Source: a virus (Duplodnaviria > Caudoviricetes). From it: DNA of 64,000 nt. The position numbers and the translations under genes are program-made. The stretch lies in IMG/VR virus record IMGVR_UViG_3300046819_000361. One strand, written 5' to 3'. This document shows positions 8,331 through 17,635 of the stretch, one piece after another. Numbering within the stretch: the first letter of the stretch is position 1; each line of letters opens with the position of its first letter. Below the pieces are notes generated by a model, which saw only the letters and a program-made list of their open reading frames with translations, did not search any database and was not told the origin of the DNA.

Positions 8331-9196
8331 AACATATTTTCTATATAGTTTACAATGTGGTCTGCGACATTAACATTACAATATTGGTTAAATCCGCTAA
8401 ATCCTGGGTTTGAATTTGCTTCACACACAACAAATCCTTCTTTTGTAAAAAGCAAATCAATACCGGCTATGTCTAATCCTAGCACATCTGCTGTGTCAAT
8501 TGCAATCTCTTCTATTTCTGGGGTAACTTCGTATTTCTCGCCAGTCCCACCATTTGATATATTGGCTCTAAAGTCATTTTTTGGTGCGGTTCTTTTCATT
8601 GCGCCCAGAACTTTGCCACCAACCACAAACACTCTTAAATCCTCACCTGGGCGATCACCAATATACTCTTGTGCAATTAATGTTTTTTCATTATGAAGTG
8701 CATCTACGAATTCGATAATTCTAGTATATTCGAGCTCGGATTGACATAGGTATACCCCTTCACCAAAACTACCAACTACTACTTTGATTACACAAGGAAA
8801 TCCAATTGTAGTGGCCACTAAATTATTTGTTATTGGAAACTTGACCACCATTGTGGTTGGTACTGGGATATTATTGCGGCTTAATATTTCACTAGTTTGA
8901 AATTTATCCTGGACTATATTAATACTTTCACTTGAATTAATGCATGGAATATTGGCTAATTCGAAGTATCTGATAACCGATAGTTCTGAACGGGTAATAC
9001 CAGCACCCAATCTTACTAACACTATTTTTGGTAGATCGAATTTAATTCCTTGATAATAAATACCGTCATTGATTACAATATCAAATAAATTAAAATTACA
9101 GACTTTTACAGTTATATTCTTATCCACAAAACTCTCTAATAATTTTAGAGTTTCAAAATCGTGGGTTGCGTGTTTAGTTAGTATTAAAACTGACAT
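8327..9196 (-). CDS. rimK: RimK-family ATP-grasp ligase
   Basis: DKFQT, GSFGEGV, QEYI...DLRVFVVG, FRANISNGG, GIDLL, EANSNPGF. Confidence 0.85.
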   Translation of the reverse strand: MSVLILTKHATHDFETLKLLESFVDKNITVKVCNFNLFDIVINDGIYYQGIKFDLPKIVLVRLGAGITRSELSVIRYFELANIPCINSSESINIVQDKFQTSEILSRNNIPVPTTMVVKFPITNNLVATTIGFPCVIKVVVGSFGEGVYLCQSELEYTRIIEFVDALHNEKTLIAQEYIGDRPGEDLRVFVVGGKVLGAMKRTAPKNDFRANISNGGTGEKYEVTPEIEEIAIDTADVLGLDIAGIDLLFTKEGFVVCEANSNPGFSGFNQYCNVNVADHIVNYIENML

Positions 9197-9231
9197 GGGT
9201 TTCCTATATATTAAACTGTATTTATTTAGAA

Positions 9232-10341
9232 TTATTGCTGAACTGAAATTTTAGCACATCCTCCTAGTGTCGCACAATTGAAATTTATAGAATATGACTG
9301 ATTGGTATTGCCGCTTTGTGAAAGACTGAGATCAGTTGGCTGCCCTGATATTATGATCTTGGCCATATGATTTCCTGATCCTTGTTGTAATGTATCTACG
9401 TTTTTATTATTGCCATTCAATTCAATTTCAAGGTAATGATTTCCGTTATCTTTTTGTTGAGATAATAATGAGTTATTATCACCATTAATTTTAGAAAATA
9501 TTCCCTTATCTCCGCCCGAACTGAGTTGTAATATAGAAGCGTTGTTATTATTGCCTAAAATAATTAATTCTGTGTAATTCGTACCAGATATTGATGACAA
9601 AGTTTCGTCAATATTAACAGTATTATTAGATCCAACACCATAGTAATTAACAAAATTATTTTTAGACCCAGATTGAGTAATTGTTATTGTATTTAAATCA
9701 CCAATTTGCTCGATATAAACCTGTGTATCAGATGTTGCTCGGTTTATAAATGATTGGACATTTGCGGCATTTACCGTATTTGTATTGAATTGAAATGATG
9801 ACCCGCCACAGCACAATGGTGGTACAAAATAGCTAGGAGAGGTAGCTAAATTGTTAGTAGGTACAACTACTATTCCGGACCCAACATCCCAATTTAGTTG
9901 AATAACTGCACCCCCTCCATTCTCATACCACCACACATCTATAGTGTACACTTGTCCTGAAGTCAGCGTAATACTCCCAGAACCATTAAAATTTGCTGGT
10001 CCTTGTTCAATCCAATTGTTAATAACAGTGGTGTTATTGATTGACATATAGAATCCATCATCACTTCTGTTATAGAAAGTTATTGTTTTATTGCCTGACG
10101 GACCTGGCCATAAAATGTTTCCTGTAAAATGAACTAGTACACCATCTGTGCGTCCTGAATCCATGACTACACCACTGCCCCAATTATAATTTAATGATGG
10201 GACTATACCGGATGATAGAATGGTTCTATTGGTTGTTCTGGTAGGTGTTGCGCCTCCTGCGGCATACGCAACATATTCGAGGCCGAGTACTCCATCTGCT
10301 AATACACGAAATGATATCAAAAACAATAATATATATTTCAT
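9232..10341 (-). CDS. Secreted PA14-domain protein with C-terminal curlin-like repeats
   Basis: Signal peptide; SDDGF and WYENGGGA PA14 motifs; (I/L)xQxGxxN repeats; terminal Cys pair. Confidence 0.75.
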   Translation of the reverse strand: MKYILLFLISFRVLADGVLGLEYVAYAAGGATPTRTTNRTILSSGIVPSLNYNWGSGVVMDSGRTDGVLVHFTGNILWPGPSGNKTITFYNRSDDGFYMSINNTTVINNWIEQGPANFNGSGSITLTSGQVYTIDVWWYENGGGAVIQLNWDVGSGIVVVPTNNLATSPSYFVPPLCCGGSSFQFNTNTVNAANVQSFINRATSDTQVYIEQIGDLNTITITQSGSKNNFVNYYGVGSNNTVNIDETLSSISGTNYTELIILGNNNNASILQLSSGGDKGIFSKINGDNNSLLSQQKDNGNHYLEIELNGNNKNVDTLQQGSGNHMAKIIISGQPTDLSLSQSGNTNQSYSINFNCATLGGCAKISVQQ

Positions 10342-11435
10342 TTTATTTGTATTACTCCAGTATTTTGTGTAATAGTCACTATATTTCCACCTGGGCTACC
10401 ATCACCTATAATGGTTGATGCTGATACACTATTTTGAATAATATTAATTGTAGTATTAGAATTAAATCCTTGTGTTTTTATTTCAGAATAATGTTCAAAC
10501 GGTGCAATTCGAAAAGCTGTCCCTTTGCCACGATCTCTGATATCATCATTATTTTTATCCCACGCAACGCATATACTTGTAACCGCATTACACCCTAATT
10601 TACCAGCAGCTGCCATCATTGCTAGAATCCTTGCTTGTTCAATTTCCTCGCCGCTTTTTGAAACTTGAATTGCAACCCTACGTGCGGCTTCGGCTTCTAT
10701 TTCTTCTAATTCCTTATCTCTTGGGGATTTCATTACTTCTTTCATAACTCTCTGTACTTCTAATGGTTTTACGATAATCAGATTATTGGTTATTTTCGAC
10801 TCAATTATATTAATTGATGTAGCCGGGGTTGGTGAGATGGTTGCACTTTGTACAAATGTAGCTTGAAATGCTTCGTCAAGAATTACTTTTCCAGCCAATG
10901 TTTCTACTTCAATTTTCCCTACTTTGCAGGTATTTTCAGCTAATTCGTATTTTTTGATATCTTTTTCATCCTTGCAGCTCGGGACTAAAACGATTAAACT
11001 TTGTCCAGATTCATCAACTGTCATAGTGAAATCAGTTCCCCTAACCGCAATTGTGGCAGCTGGCGTTTTAATATTTACTTGTTGTGGGTTATTTTTTGCA
11101 ATTTGACCTGATGCATATCTTACTGTACCCATACCAACTTTTAATGCTAGTTTACTTGCATCGCTAGCTTTTGGATCGAAAACAAAATCATCAATTAAAA
11201 GCCGACTATTTTCTGTAACTTTTACTTTAGTATCGTCTTTGAATGTTATATTACTGGTACAACTGCCAGTAATATAAACATCCATACTTTCTATAATAAC
11301 ACCTTTATCCCCAGGAATATTCTTTTTATTTCTTTCAATTTTACACCCATTGCTCGTGGCATCGGTTACTGTCCCTATACCAGCATAAGCAACTTGTGAT
11401 GATAATAACAAAATTATTACCGGAATTATATGCAT
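10338..11435 (-). CDS. Secreted FecR-domain protein
   Basis: Signal peptide; ITFKDDTKVKVTENSRL and IKTPAATIAVRGTDF FecR motifs. Confidence 0.8.
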   Translation of the reverse strand: MHIIPVIILLLSSQVAYAGIGTVTDATSNGCKIERNKKNIPGDKGVIIESMDVYITGSCTSNITFKDDTKVKVTENSRLLIDDFVFDPKASDASKLALKVGMGTVRYASGQIAKNNPQQVNIKTPAATIAVRGTDFTMTVDESGQSLIVLVPSCKDEKDIKKYELAENTCKVGKIEVETLAGKVILDEAFQATFVQSATISPTPATSINIIESKITNNLIIVKPLEVQRVMKEVMKSPRDKELEEIEAEAARRVAIQVSKSGEEIEQARILAMMAAAGKLGCNAVTSICVAWDKNNDDIRDRGKGTAFRIAPFEHYSEIKTQGFNSNTTINIIQNSVSASTIIGDGSPGGNIVTITQNTGVIQIK

Positions 11436-11437
11436 AA

Positions 11438-12235
11438 CTATCTTGCTATAGCGGCTTGTGCATTTACTATTGTACTTGAGCTAGATCTAACCGTGATTGT
11501 ATTATTATCACCTGATGTCTTGATATCAATAGTAGTGTCATTCGTTCCTTGTTGTTGAGTGGTGATAGCATTAAAATTACCAACAATTACTTCTTTTAAA
11601 TTGTGACCAATAGCCCCAGCGACATCACTTTGCTCGACGTTTAACAAATTACTATTTCCCGTGATGCTTATATCAGACACACCATTAGTACTTAAAAGAT
11701 TTTCTGTGACCTGATTACTATTGCCCGTAATTCCTAAAGTACTAGAAATATAATTGCCTATGATATTTTGGATAACTGAGTTTGAATTGCCAGTAATAGT
11801 TTCGGTGATAACAACATGATGATTATCTGTATGATTGGTATCACCGATCACTAATCTATTATTGTTATCATTCCCAGTAACAGTATTTGAATAGCGATTG
11901 TTACTTCCTCTGATGATATATTGTGCCCAGTTGTTATTCCCGTGTTGTGTCATTGACAGTGTATTGCTGCCACCATTGATAGTGGCATAATTAGATGCAC
12001 TTGGTGCATCTGGTACATTTGTAACCACATTTGTATTGGCATCAGTTGTGATAGTTCCAGATATACCTCCTATATTATTGGTGCCGCCTACCTGTTCGAT
12101 TGTAATAACATTAGTATTGCCTAATTGTTCCATGAACACATTATTGGGACCAGTTGCAGTGCCGGTTGCTAATAATAATGATGAAAAAGATACCATTAAT
12201 GATGCTATTAAATAATTAATTATTTTTCGTTTCAT
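11438..12235 (-). CDS. Curlin-like (CsgA/CsgB-type) repeat protein
   Basis: Signal peptide; N/Q/G/T-rich with regular EQxGxxN and ITGNSN repeats. Confidence 0.75.
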   Translation of the reverse strand: MKRKIINYLIASLMVSFSSLLLATGTATGPNNVFMEQLGNTNVITIEQVGGTNNIGGISGTITTDANTNVVTNVPDAPSASNYATINGGSNTLSMTQHGNNNWAQYIIRGSNNRYSNTVTGNDNNNRLVIGDTNHTDNHHVVITETITGNSNSVIQNIIGNYISSTLGITGNSNQVTENLLSTNGVSDISITGNSNLLNVEQSDVAGAIGHNLKEVIVGNFNAITTQQQGTNDTTIDIKTSGDNNTITVRSSSSTIVNAQAAIAR

Positions 12236-13050
12236 TTCCTTTGCTCCATTGTTGATTTAAACGCCCAGTGACCTTTACGAGCGCCTTCACGAACTGTATC
12301 TACAACTGCGGCTTGGATAGCTTTATTAGTTGCTCTATTAATACTTTCGTTTATGCTACCACCTATTTCTGCTTCTAATGCTTTGGTGTCGGCGGCAATG
12401 AATCTCAATACACCAAATTTATCCATATAACTTAACACTGTTTTTGTTACGGTGACCGATGTTAAAATCTCGCCTGATGTAACTGATACAGTCCGCAGAC
12501 TCACAGTAACTGTGTCACTTTGATATTGTGTTTCGCCTCCGATTCCAAAAATCCGAACCCCAGCACCCCCTGTCAACGTATTGGAATCATAACCGACAAT
12601 TGCCCCTTCTGCTATAACCCCTGCGAATAACATAGCTGGTAATGCTTGTGCATCTTTACCTTGGAATTGCTCACGAGCTTGCCTAATCATCTGTCGTTCT
12701 TTGATCAAGTTATCCAACCCAACTCGTTCAACCACTGTGAACCATCTAGCATCACCCACATCTTGTAATGCTTTAATCAAGTAGTTCTCAGCACCTTGCG
12801 TGACCGCAGAACTTAAACTGGCAATATTTGGCATTGATTTTCTTTGACCAGTTTTATCAGTAAACCCGTAAACTGCGATGGGGATAGATCCAGATGATGG
12901 TGGATCTAATTTGTTTTCATCTTTTAATAAAAAAATACTTTGCTCGATAATCGGATTGTCAAATTGTTCACCTGTGATAAATTTGTTTATAGCACTGCTG
13001 GTAGCACACCCTTGTAATAATATCATTGATAAAATAATAATTTTGTTCAT
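12232..13050 (-). CDS. csgG: Curli secretion channel CsgG
   Basis: Lipobox LQGC; AVYGFTDKTGQRK, SAVTQGA and WFTVVERVGLDNLIKERQMIR. Confidence 0.92.
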   Translation of the reverse strand: MNKIIILSMILLQGCATSSAINKFITGEQFDNPIIEQSIFLLKDENKLDPPSSGSIPIAVYGFTDKTGQRKSMPNIASLSSAVTQGAENYLIKALQDVGDARWFTVVERVGLDNLIKERQMIRQAREQFQGKDAQALPAMLFAGVIAEGAIVGYDSNTLTGGAGVRIFGIGGETQYQSDTVTVSLRTVSVTSGEILTSVTVTKTVLSYMDKFGVLRFIAADTKALEAEIGGSINESINRATNKAIQAAVVDTVREGARKGHWAFKSTMEQRK

Positions 13051-13052
13051 AA

Positions 13053-13532
13053 TTAGAAATAAAATGACCCAGATGGTACTTTCATTGATGTGGATTGAGA
13101 TGGGTTTGAGTTATTAGTGATATTAATAATAATCAATCCTTGATCCAATCCAGCGCCTAAACTCCAAGTGACACTATTGCCGCCTAAATCTGGCATTGTT
13201 CCGCATACTGCTCCTGGTGTGGTGCATGTTGATCCTTCACTAAACATAGAGTCAGTTAATTGTTTAGCTAATTGTGAGTAAATTCTAGATTCTAAATTTG
13301 CTAAAAATTTAGCTTGTGGAGTATTTTGAGCATCAGATAATATCTTTGTACGTAATGCATCCGCAGCAGCTTTATTTTTATCAGATGCTTGCGTTTCTAA
13401 TTGATTTAGTGTTAACGCATGTGAGCTAAATCCAATGCCACTAAATGCTGGACTATTAAACGTGTGCTGTAATTCGGATGAATTTACAGATAATGCTACA
13501 ATTAATAATGAAAAACCTAGTACTTTGGTCAT
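13053..13532 (-). CDS. csgF: Curli assembly protein CsgF
   Basis: Signal peptide followed by ELQHTFNSPAFSG; FLANLESRIYSQLAKQL; directly upstream of csgG. Confidence 0.8.
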   Translation of the reverse strand: MTKVLGFSLLIVALSVNSSELQHTFNSPAFSGIGFSSHALTLNQLETQASDKNKAAADALRTKILSDAQNTPQAKFLANLESRIYSQLAKQLTDSMFSEGSTCTTPGAVCGTMPDLGGNSVTWSLGAGLDQGLIIINITNNSNPSQSTSMKVPSGSFYF

Positions 13533-13586
13533 GAATGTACCCCCTTATCGTATTTAAATAAAGGAATGCCAAAATAATACTAGAAG

Positions 13587-14258
13587 TTAATCTATTGGAA
13601 ACAAACACTGTGTTACATAGATAGATGCTTGATCTTCTGTCAGACCTAAATTCATTAGAACTTTGGGATTGTGTGGGTTAAGCCGTTGATTTTCAATATA
13701 AAACCTATGTTTATCTGAAATATCAAGAACTGTGTGATTGGTATCTTTTAATGATATAAGATATGTTAGCAGGGTGGATGAAATGGTAGACACTATTTGA
13801 GATATCTCAGAATCTAGTTGAATATTACCAGCGGCAATTATCGATTCTGAGAAAATACGTTTACCCCAATCTGGTAATTCTCTTTTTTTATTCCATGATA
13901 ATTTATTTGATTCTTCGTCAAACCAAGATGATAATGGGTGATTACTAATGACGGGGCTAAAATCATGAAAACACCCAGTTATTTTATTTCTACCGGCAAA
14001 CACATCAAACCCAAAAATTGGTGCAGGGTTATGATAATGTGGATAAATGCAGCAATGCATCATCCATAACCCACGAGTATCCATTGTATCAATAACATTG
14101 ATATGTGCTTTTCTATATAAATCAGAAACCCAGGTGGTATTACACCAACCTGGGTTATTGAATTGCTCAATTGATGAAGCAGAAATTTTTCCTGATTCAT
14201 CGAGCTGGTGTGTGAATAACTGCTGAATGCTATTTAACGAATCCAGCAGTTTATTCAT
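13587..14258 (-). CDS. Ferredoxin-dependent bilin reductase (PcyA/PcyX-like)
   Basis: MHCCIYP, PIFGFD, DFSP, RELPDWG and QRLNPH motifs; coupled to heme oxygenase. Confidence 0.85.
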   Translation of the reverse strand: MNKLLDSLNSIQQLFTHQLDESGKISASSIEQFNNPGWCNTTWVSDLYRKAHINVIDTMDTRGLWMMHCCIYPHYHNPAPIFGFDVFAGRNKITGCFHDFSPVISNHPLSSWFDEESNKLSWNKKRELPDWGKRIFSESIIAAGNIQLDSEISQIVSTISSTLLTYLISLKDTNHTVLDISDKHRFYIENQRLNPHNPKVLMNLGLTEDQASIYVTQCLFPID

Positions 14259-14787
14259 GTAACGCCTTCATGATTTTTATTGCCCATTCAAACGCAACTC
14301 TAGCCTCATCACCTAAATCATCTGTCATTTCTGCTCTAATTGCATTTCTTAATCCGTCTACGTCATCAAACTGGTAGAATTTTCCAGAACCAGGTGTTGT
14401 TTTTGCGATGTATTGCCCACCGTATAAATCCCCCGTGTGACGAACATATAAATGTGCTTTTATTAAATGTCTACGTGTCGGATCATTCAATAAATCTACT
14501 ACATATTGATTATAAGCCATCGTTTCTGGTAAAAACGCATAATGTGTATTGACATCACGCAATTCAATAAAATCTTGGTAAATTCCAGGTAAACGTTCAA
14601 TACCTGGTAAGTTATCAAAAAACCCTAATATTTTACACCCAAATTCTACAGGTCCGTATGCAGCCATCATCTGATATAGATAATTTGTATACAATTCTTG
14701 TGAAATTTTACCGGTTAATAGTAATTTTGCAAAAGATGTTTTTTCAGCTTCCGTGTGCAAATCTTTGGTGATCTCTTTTAAACTCAT
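14251..14787 (-). CDS. Heme oxygenase
   Basis: LKEITKDLHTEAE and HLYVRHTGDLYGGQ. Confidence 0.9.
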   Translation of the reverse strand: MSLKEITKDLHTEAEKTSFAKLLLTGKISQELYTNYLYQMMAAYGPVEFGCKILGFFDNLPGIERLPGIYQDFIELRDVNTHYAFLPETMAYNQYVVDLLNDPTRRHLIKAHLYVRHTGDLYGGQYIAKTTPGSGKFYQFDDVDGLRNAIRAEMTDDLGDEARVAFEWAIKIMKALHE

Positions 14788-15087
14788 TTATTCCTCTGCG
14801 ATAGTTATTTGTAATGGGAACCCATTTTCACGGGCCATTTTAGTTGCTTCTACCGATTTAGTTTCTGCAATTTCGAAATCATAAAAACCAGCAATACCAG
14901 AACCACTTTCGTGTACTTGCATAGTAACAGTGGTTGCTGAATGGATTGTGTGATTAAAGATTTCAATCAACATTGCAATTACAAAATCAATAGGTGTGTG
15001 ATCGTCATTAAGCACAACGACTTTCCATCGTTTTGGTTCGGTAACTTTGACTGCAACATTTTCTTTGATTTTAATATCAGTAGACAT
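14788..15087 (-). CDS. clpS: ATP-dependent Clp protease adaptor ClpS
   Basis: VVVLNDDHTPIDFV, MQVHESG, EIAETK, GFPL. Confidence 0.92.
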   Translation of the reverse strand: MSTDIKIKENVAVKVTEPKRWKVVVLNDDHTPIDFVIAMLIEIFNHTIHSATTVTMQVHESGSGIAGFYDFEIAETKSVEATKMARENGFPLQITIAEE

Positions 15088-15107
15088 ATTTTAATTCCAG
15101 ATAAGGT

Positions 15108-15125
15108 GGGGGAGGAAACTCCCCC
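15108..15125 (-). terminator. GC-rich hairpin after hsp20
   Basis: GGGGGAG-GAAA-CTCCCCC. Confidence 0.5.
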
Positions 15126-15131
15126 TGGTTA

Positions 15132-15569
15132 TTATTTAATTTCGATTTTTCTTGGTTGTAACGTTTCAGGGATTATACGCTCAATTTTAATTTTAAGCAA
15201 CCCATCTTTTACCTCTGCTTCTCGAACTTCCATGAATTCTGCTAACGCATAAGTCTGTTCAAAATCACGTGATGCTAACCCACGGTGTAAATATTCCCAA
15301 TCAGCTGATTCTACTTTATCACTGTGTGTTCCAGTAATTTTAAGAATATTTGATCCAGCTGAATGTGAACTATCAATCATAACAGAGATATCGTCTTTTG
15401 TAAAGCCTGATACTGCTAATTCGATACCATAGTTCAAATCATCATATTTTATAATATTATGTGGAGGATAACTTCCAGTATTGAAATTTACACGTGAATT
15501 AAACAGGCTATCAAAGCCAATTAAAGTTTTAGCTAACACTGATGCGTCTATTGGTCTTAATGTTGTCAT
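15132..15569 (-). CDS. Small heat-shock protein Hsp20 (IbpA-like)
   Basis: YPPHNI, IELAVSGF, YLHRGLASRDF, DGLLKI. Confidence 0.92.
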   Translation of the reverse strand: MTTLRPIDASVLAKTLIGFDSLFNSRVNFNTGSYPPHNIIKYDDLNYGIELAVSGFTKDDISVMIDSSHSAGSNILKITGTHSDKVESADWEYLHRGLASRDFEQTYALAEFMEVREAEVKDGLLKIKIERIIPETLQPRKIEIK

Positions 15570-15626
15570 GCTTGTCTCCTTATTTAAGCAAGAAGCTCAT
15601 AACACCCAATTTGGCATGTTATGAGC
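15570..15626 (-). promoter_or_regulatory. ROSE-like RNA thermometer leader of hsp20
   Basis: UCUUGCUU-AAAU-AAGGAGA hairpin with bulged G over the SD, preceded by a long hairpin. Confidence 0.7.
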
Positions 15627-15643
15627 ATATATCACACTTGTGA

Positions 15644-17536
15644 TTAAACCTCTTTGAATTCCGCATTCATGGAATCATCACCGCCTTCGGTTGTTGACGG
15701 ATTATTTGCTTGTTCAGCTTCTTGTTTTTTTGCAAAAACCGGAGTGGCTGCTTCAAACAATTTTTGTATCGATTGTTGAATTTCTTCGACATTATCGCCG
15801 CTATTGGCTTTTTCAAGATTTTCGACAGCTGATTGAAATGCTGATTTTTCTTCATCAGTTAATTGATCTTTTACTTCATCAAAGTCTTTTTGCAAAGAGT
15901 GACGTTGTGATTCTGCTTGATTACGTGCTTCAATCAACTCTTTTTGTTTTTTATCTGCATCGGCATTTTCTTCAGCATCTTTCACCATACGTTGAATTTC
16001 TTCCTCGGTTAATCCTGAATCCGATTTAATGGTGATGTTATTCTTCTTACCAGTGCCCTTATCCGCTGCTGAAATGTGCATAATACCATTTGCATCAATA
16101 TCAAAAGTTACTTCGATTTGTGGAATACCGCGTGGTGCAGGTGGAATCCCATCTAAATTAAATTCACCCAACTGTTTGTTATATCTATATAAATCACGTT
16201 CACCTTGCCCAACTTTAATAGTTACGGCTGGCTGGTTATCATCCGCTGTTGAGAATGTTTGACTCGCTTTAGTTGGGATTGTAGTATTCTTTTGAATCAA
16301 TTTGGTAAAAACCCCACCCATTGTTTCAATACCAAGTGACAACGGTGTTACATCTAGTAACAATACATCGGTTTTATCACCTGCTAATACTGCGCCTTGA
16401 ATTGCTGCACCGGCTGCCACTGCTTCGTCTGGATTGATATCTTTACGTGGTGTTTTGCCGAACAATTTTTCAACTGCTTCCTGTACTTTTGGCATTCTAG
16501 TTTGACCGCCAACGAGAATTACTTCATCGATATCACTATTACTAACGCCTGCATCTTTTAATGCGATTAAACATGGTTGTAATGATCGTTGAATCAAATC
16601 ATCAACAATTGATTCAAATTTTGCACGAGTTAATTTAACGTTTAAGTGTTTTGGACCAGATGCGTCTGCAGTGATATATGGTAGATTTACATCGGTTTGT
16701 TCTGATGATGACAGCTCAATTTTAGCTTTTTCAGCACTTTCTTTCAATCGTTGTAAAGCTAATGTATCATTTTTCAAGTTGATACCGGAATCTTTTTCAA
16801 ACTCAGTGACTAAAAATTCCATTAAGCGTTGATCAAAATCTTCACCACCTAAAAATGTATCACCATTGGTTGATAATACTTCAATTTGTTTCTCACCATC
16901 GATATTTGCAATCTCGATAATTGAAATATCAAATGTACCACCGCCAAGATCATAAACAGCTACTTTGCGATCTTTATTATCGGCTTTATCAACACCGTAT
17001 GCTAAAGCAGCGGCTGTTGGCTCGTTGATAATACGTAACACTTCAAGACCAGCAATTCTGCCAGCGTCTTTGGTAGCTTGTCGTTGCGAATCGTTAAAGT
17101 ACGCTGGGACTGTAATTACCGCTTGTGATACTTCATGTCCGAGGTAATCTTCTGCAGTTTTCTTCATTTTACGAAGAACCTCTGCTGAAATTTGTGGAGG
17201 AGCTAATCGCTCACCATTTGCTTCAACCCAAGCGTCGCCATTTTCGGCTTTGATGATTGAATACGGCATTAAGTCGATGTCTTTTTGTACTGCTTCTTCT
17301 TCGAATTTTCTTCCGATCAATCGTTTTGCAGCATAAATTGTATTTTTTGGATTTGTGACAGATTGGCGTTTTGCTGCAGCACCGACTAATACTTCATTAT
17401 CAGTATATGCAATAATTGACGGGGTTGTGCGAGTGCCTTCTGAATTTTCGATAACTTTGGCAGATCCATTTTCAAGAATTGCCACACAAGAATTTGTGGT
17501 ACCCAAATCGATACCGATGATTGATGTTTTACTCAT
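15644..17536 (-). CDS. dnaK: Chaperone DnaK (Hsp70)
   Basis: [25 protein letters not shown]; full length, 630 aa. Confidence 0.98.
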   Translation of the reverse strand: MSKTSIIGIDLGTTNSCVAILENGSAKVIENSEGTRTTPSIIAYTDNEVLVGAAAKRQSVTNPKNTIYAAKRLIGRKFEEEAVQKDIDLMPYSIIKAENGDAWVEANGERLAPPQISAEVLRKMKKTAEDYLGHEVSQAVITVPAYFNDSQRQATKDAGRIAGLEVLRIINEPTAAALAYGVDKADNKDRKVAVYDLGGGTFDISIIEIANIDGEKQIEVLSTNGDTFLGGEDFDQRLMEFLVTEFEKDSGINLKNDTLALQRLKESAEKAKIELSSSEQTDVNLPYITADASGPKHLNVKLTRAKFESIVDDLIQRSLQPCLIALKDAGVSNSDIDEVILVGGQTRMPKVQEAVEKLFGKTPRKDINPDEAVAAGAAIQGAVLAGDKTDVLLLDVTPLSLGIETMGGVFTKLIQKNTTIPTKASQTFSTADDNQPAVTIKVGQGERDLYRYNKQLGEFNLDGIPPAPRGIPQIEVTFDIDANGIMHISAADKGTGKKNNITIKSDSGLTEEEIQRMVKDAEENADADKKQKELIEARNQAESQRHSLQKDFDEVKDQLTDEEKSAFQSAVENLEKANSGDNVEEIQQSIQKLFEAATPVFAKKQEAEQANNPSTTEGGDDSMNAEFKEV

Positions 17537-17593
17537 TGTTAAGTTCTCCTATTGTTAAGCAAGAATAAGGGTAGACCCATATGGCATCTACTC
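17537..17593 (-). promoter_or_regulatory. ROSE-like RNA thermometer leader of dnaK
   Basis: UUCUUGCUU...UAGGAGAA pairing over the SD; upstream hairpin shares AUGCC-N-GGGU with the hsp20 leader. Confidence 0.6.
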
Positions 17594-17606
17594 ATTTATT
17601 TATCAT

Positions 17607-17635
17607 ATTATACATATGAATTACTTTTTTGTCAA
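17607..17635 (-). promoter_or_regulatory. sigma70 promoter for dnaK
   Basis: TTGACA-17nt-TATAAT, perfect consensus. Confidence 0.75.

Noticed and set aside
14788-14800. ClpS C-terminal EE as a RimK substrate
   Set aside because: Acidic C-termini are normal for ClpS; no further support
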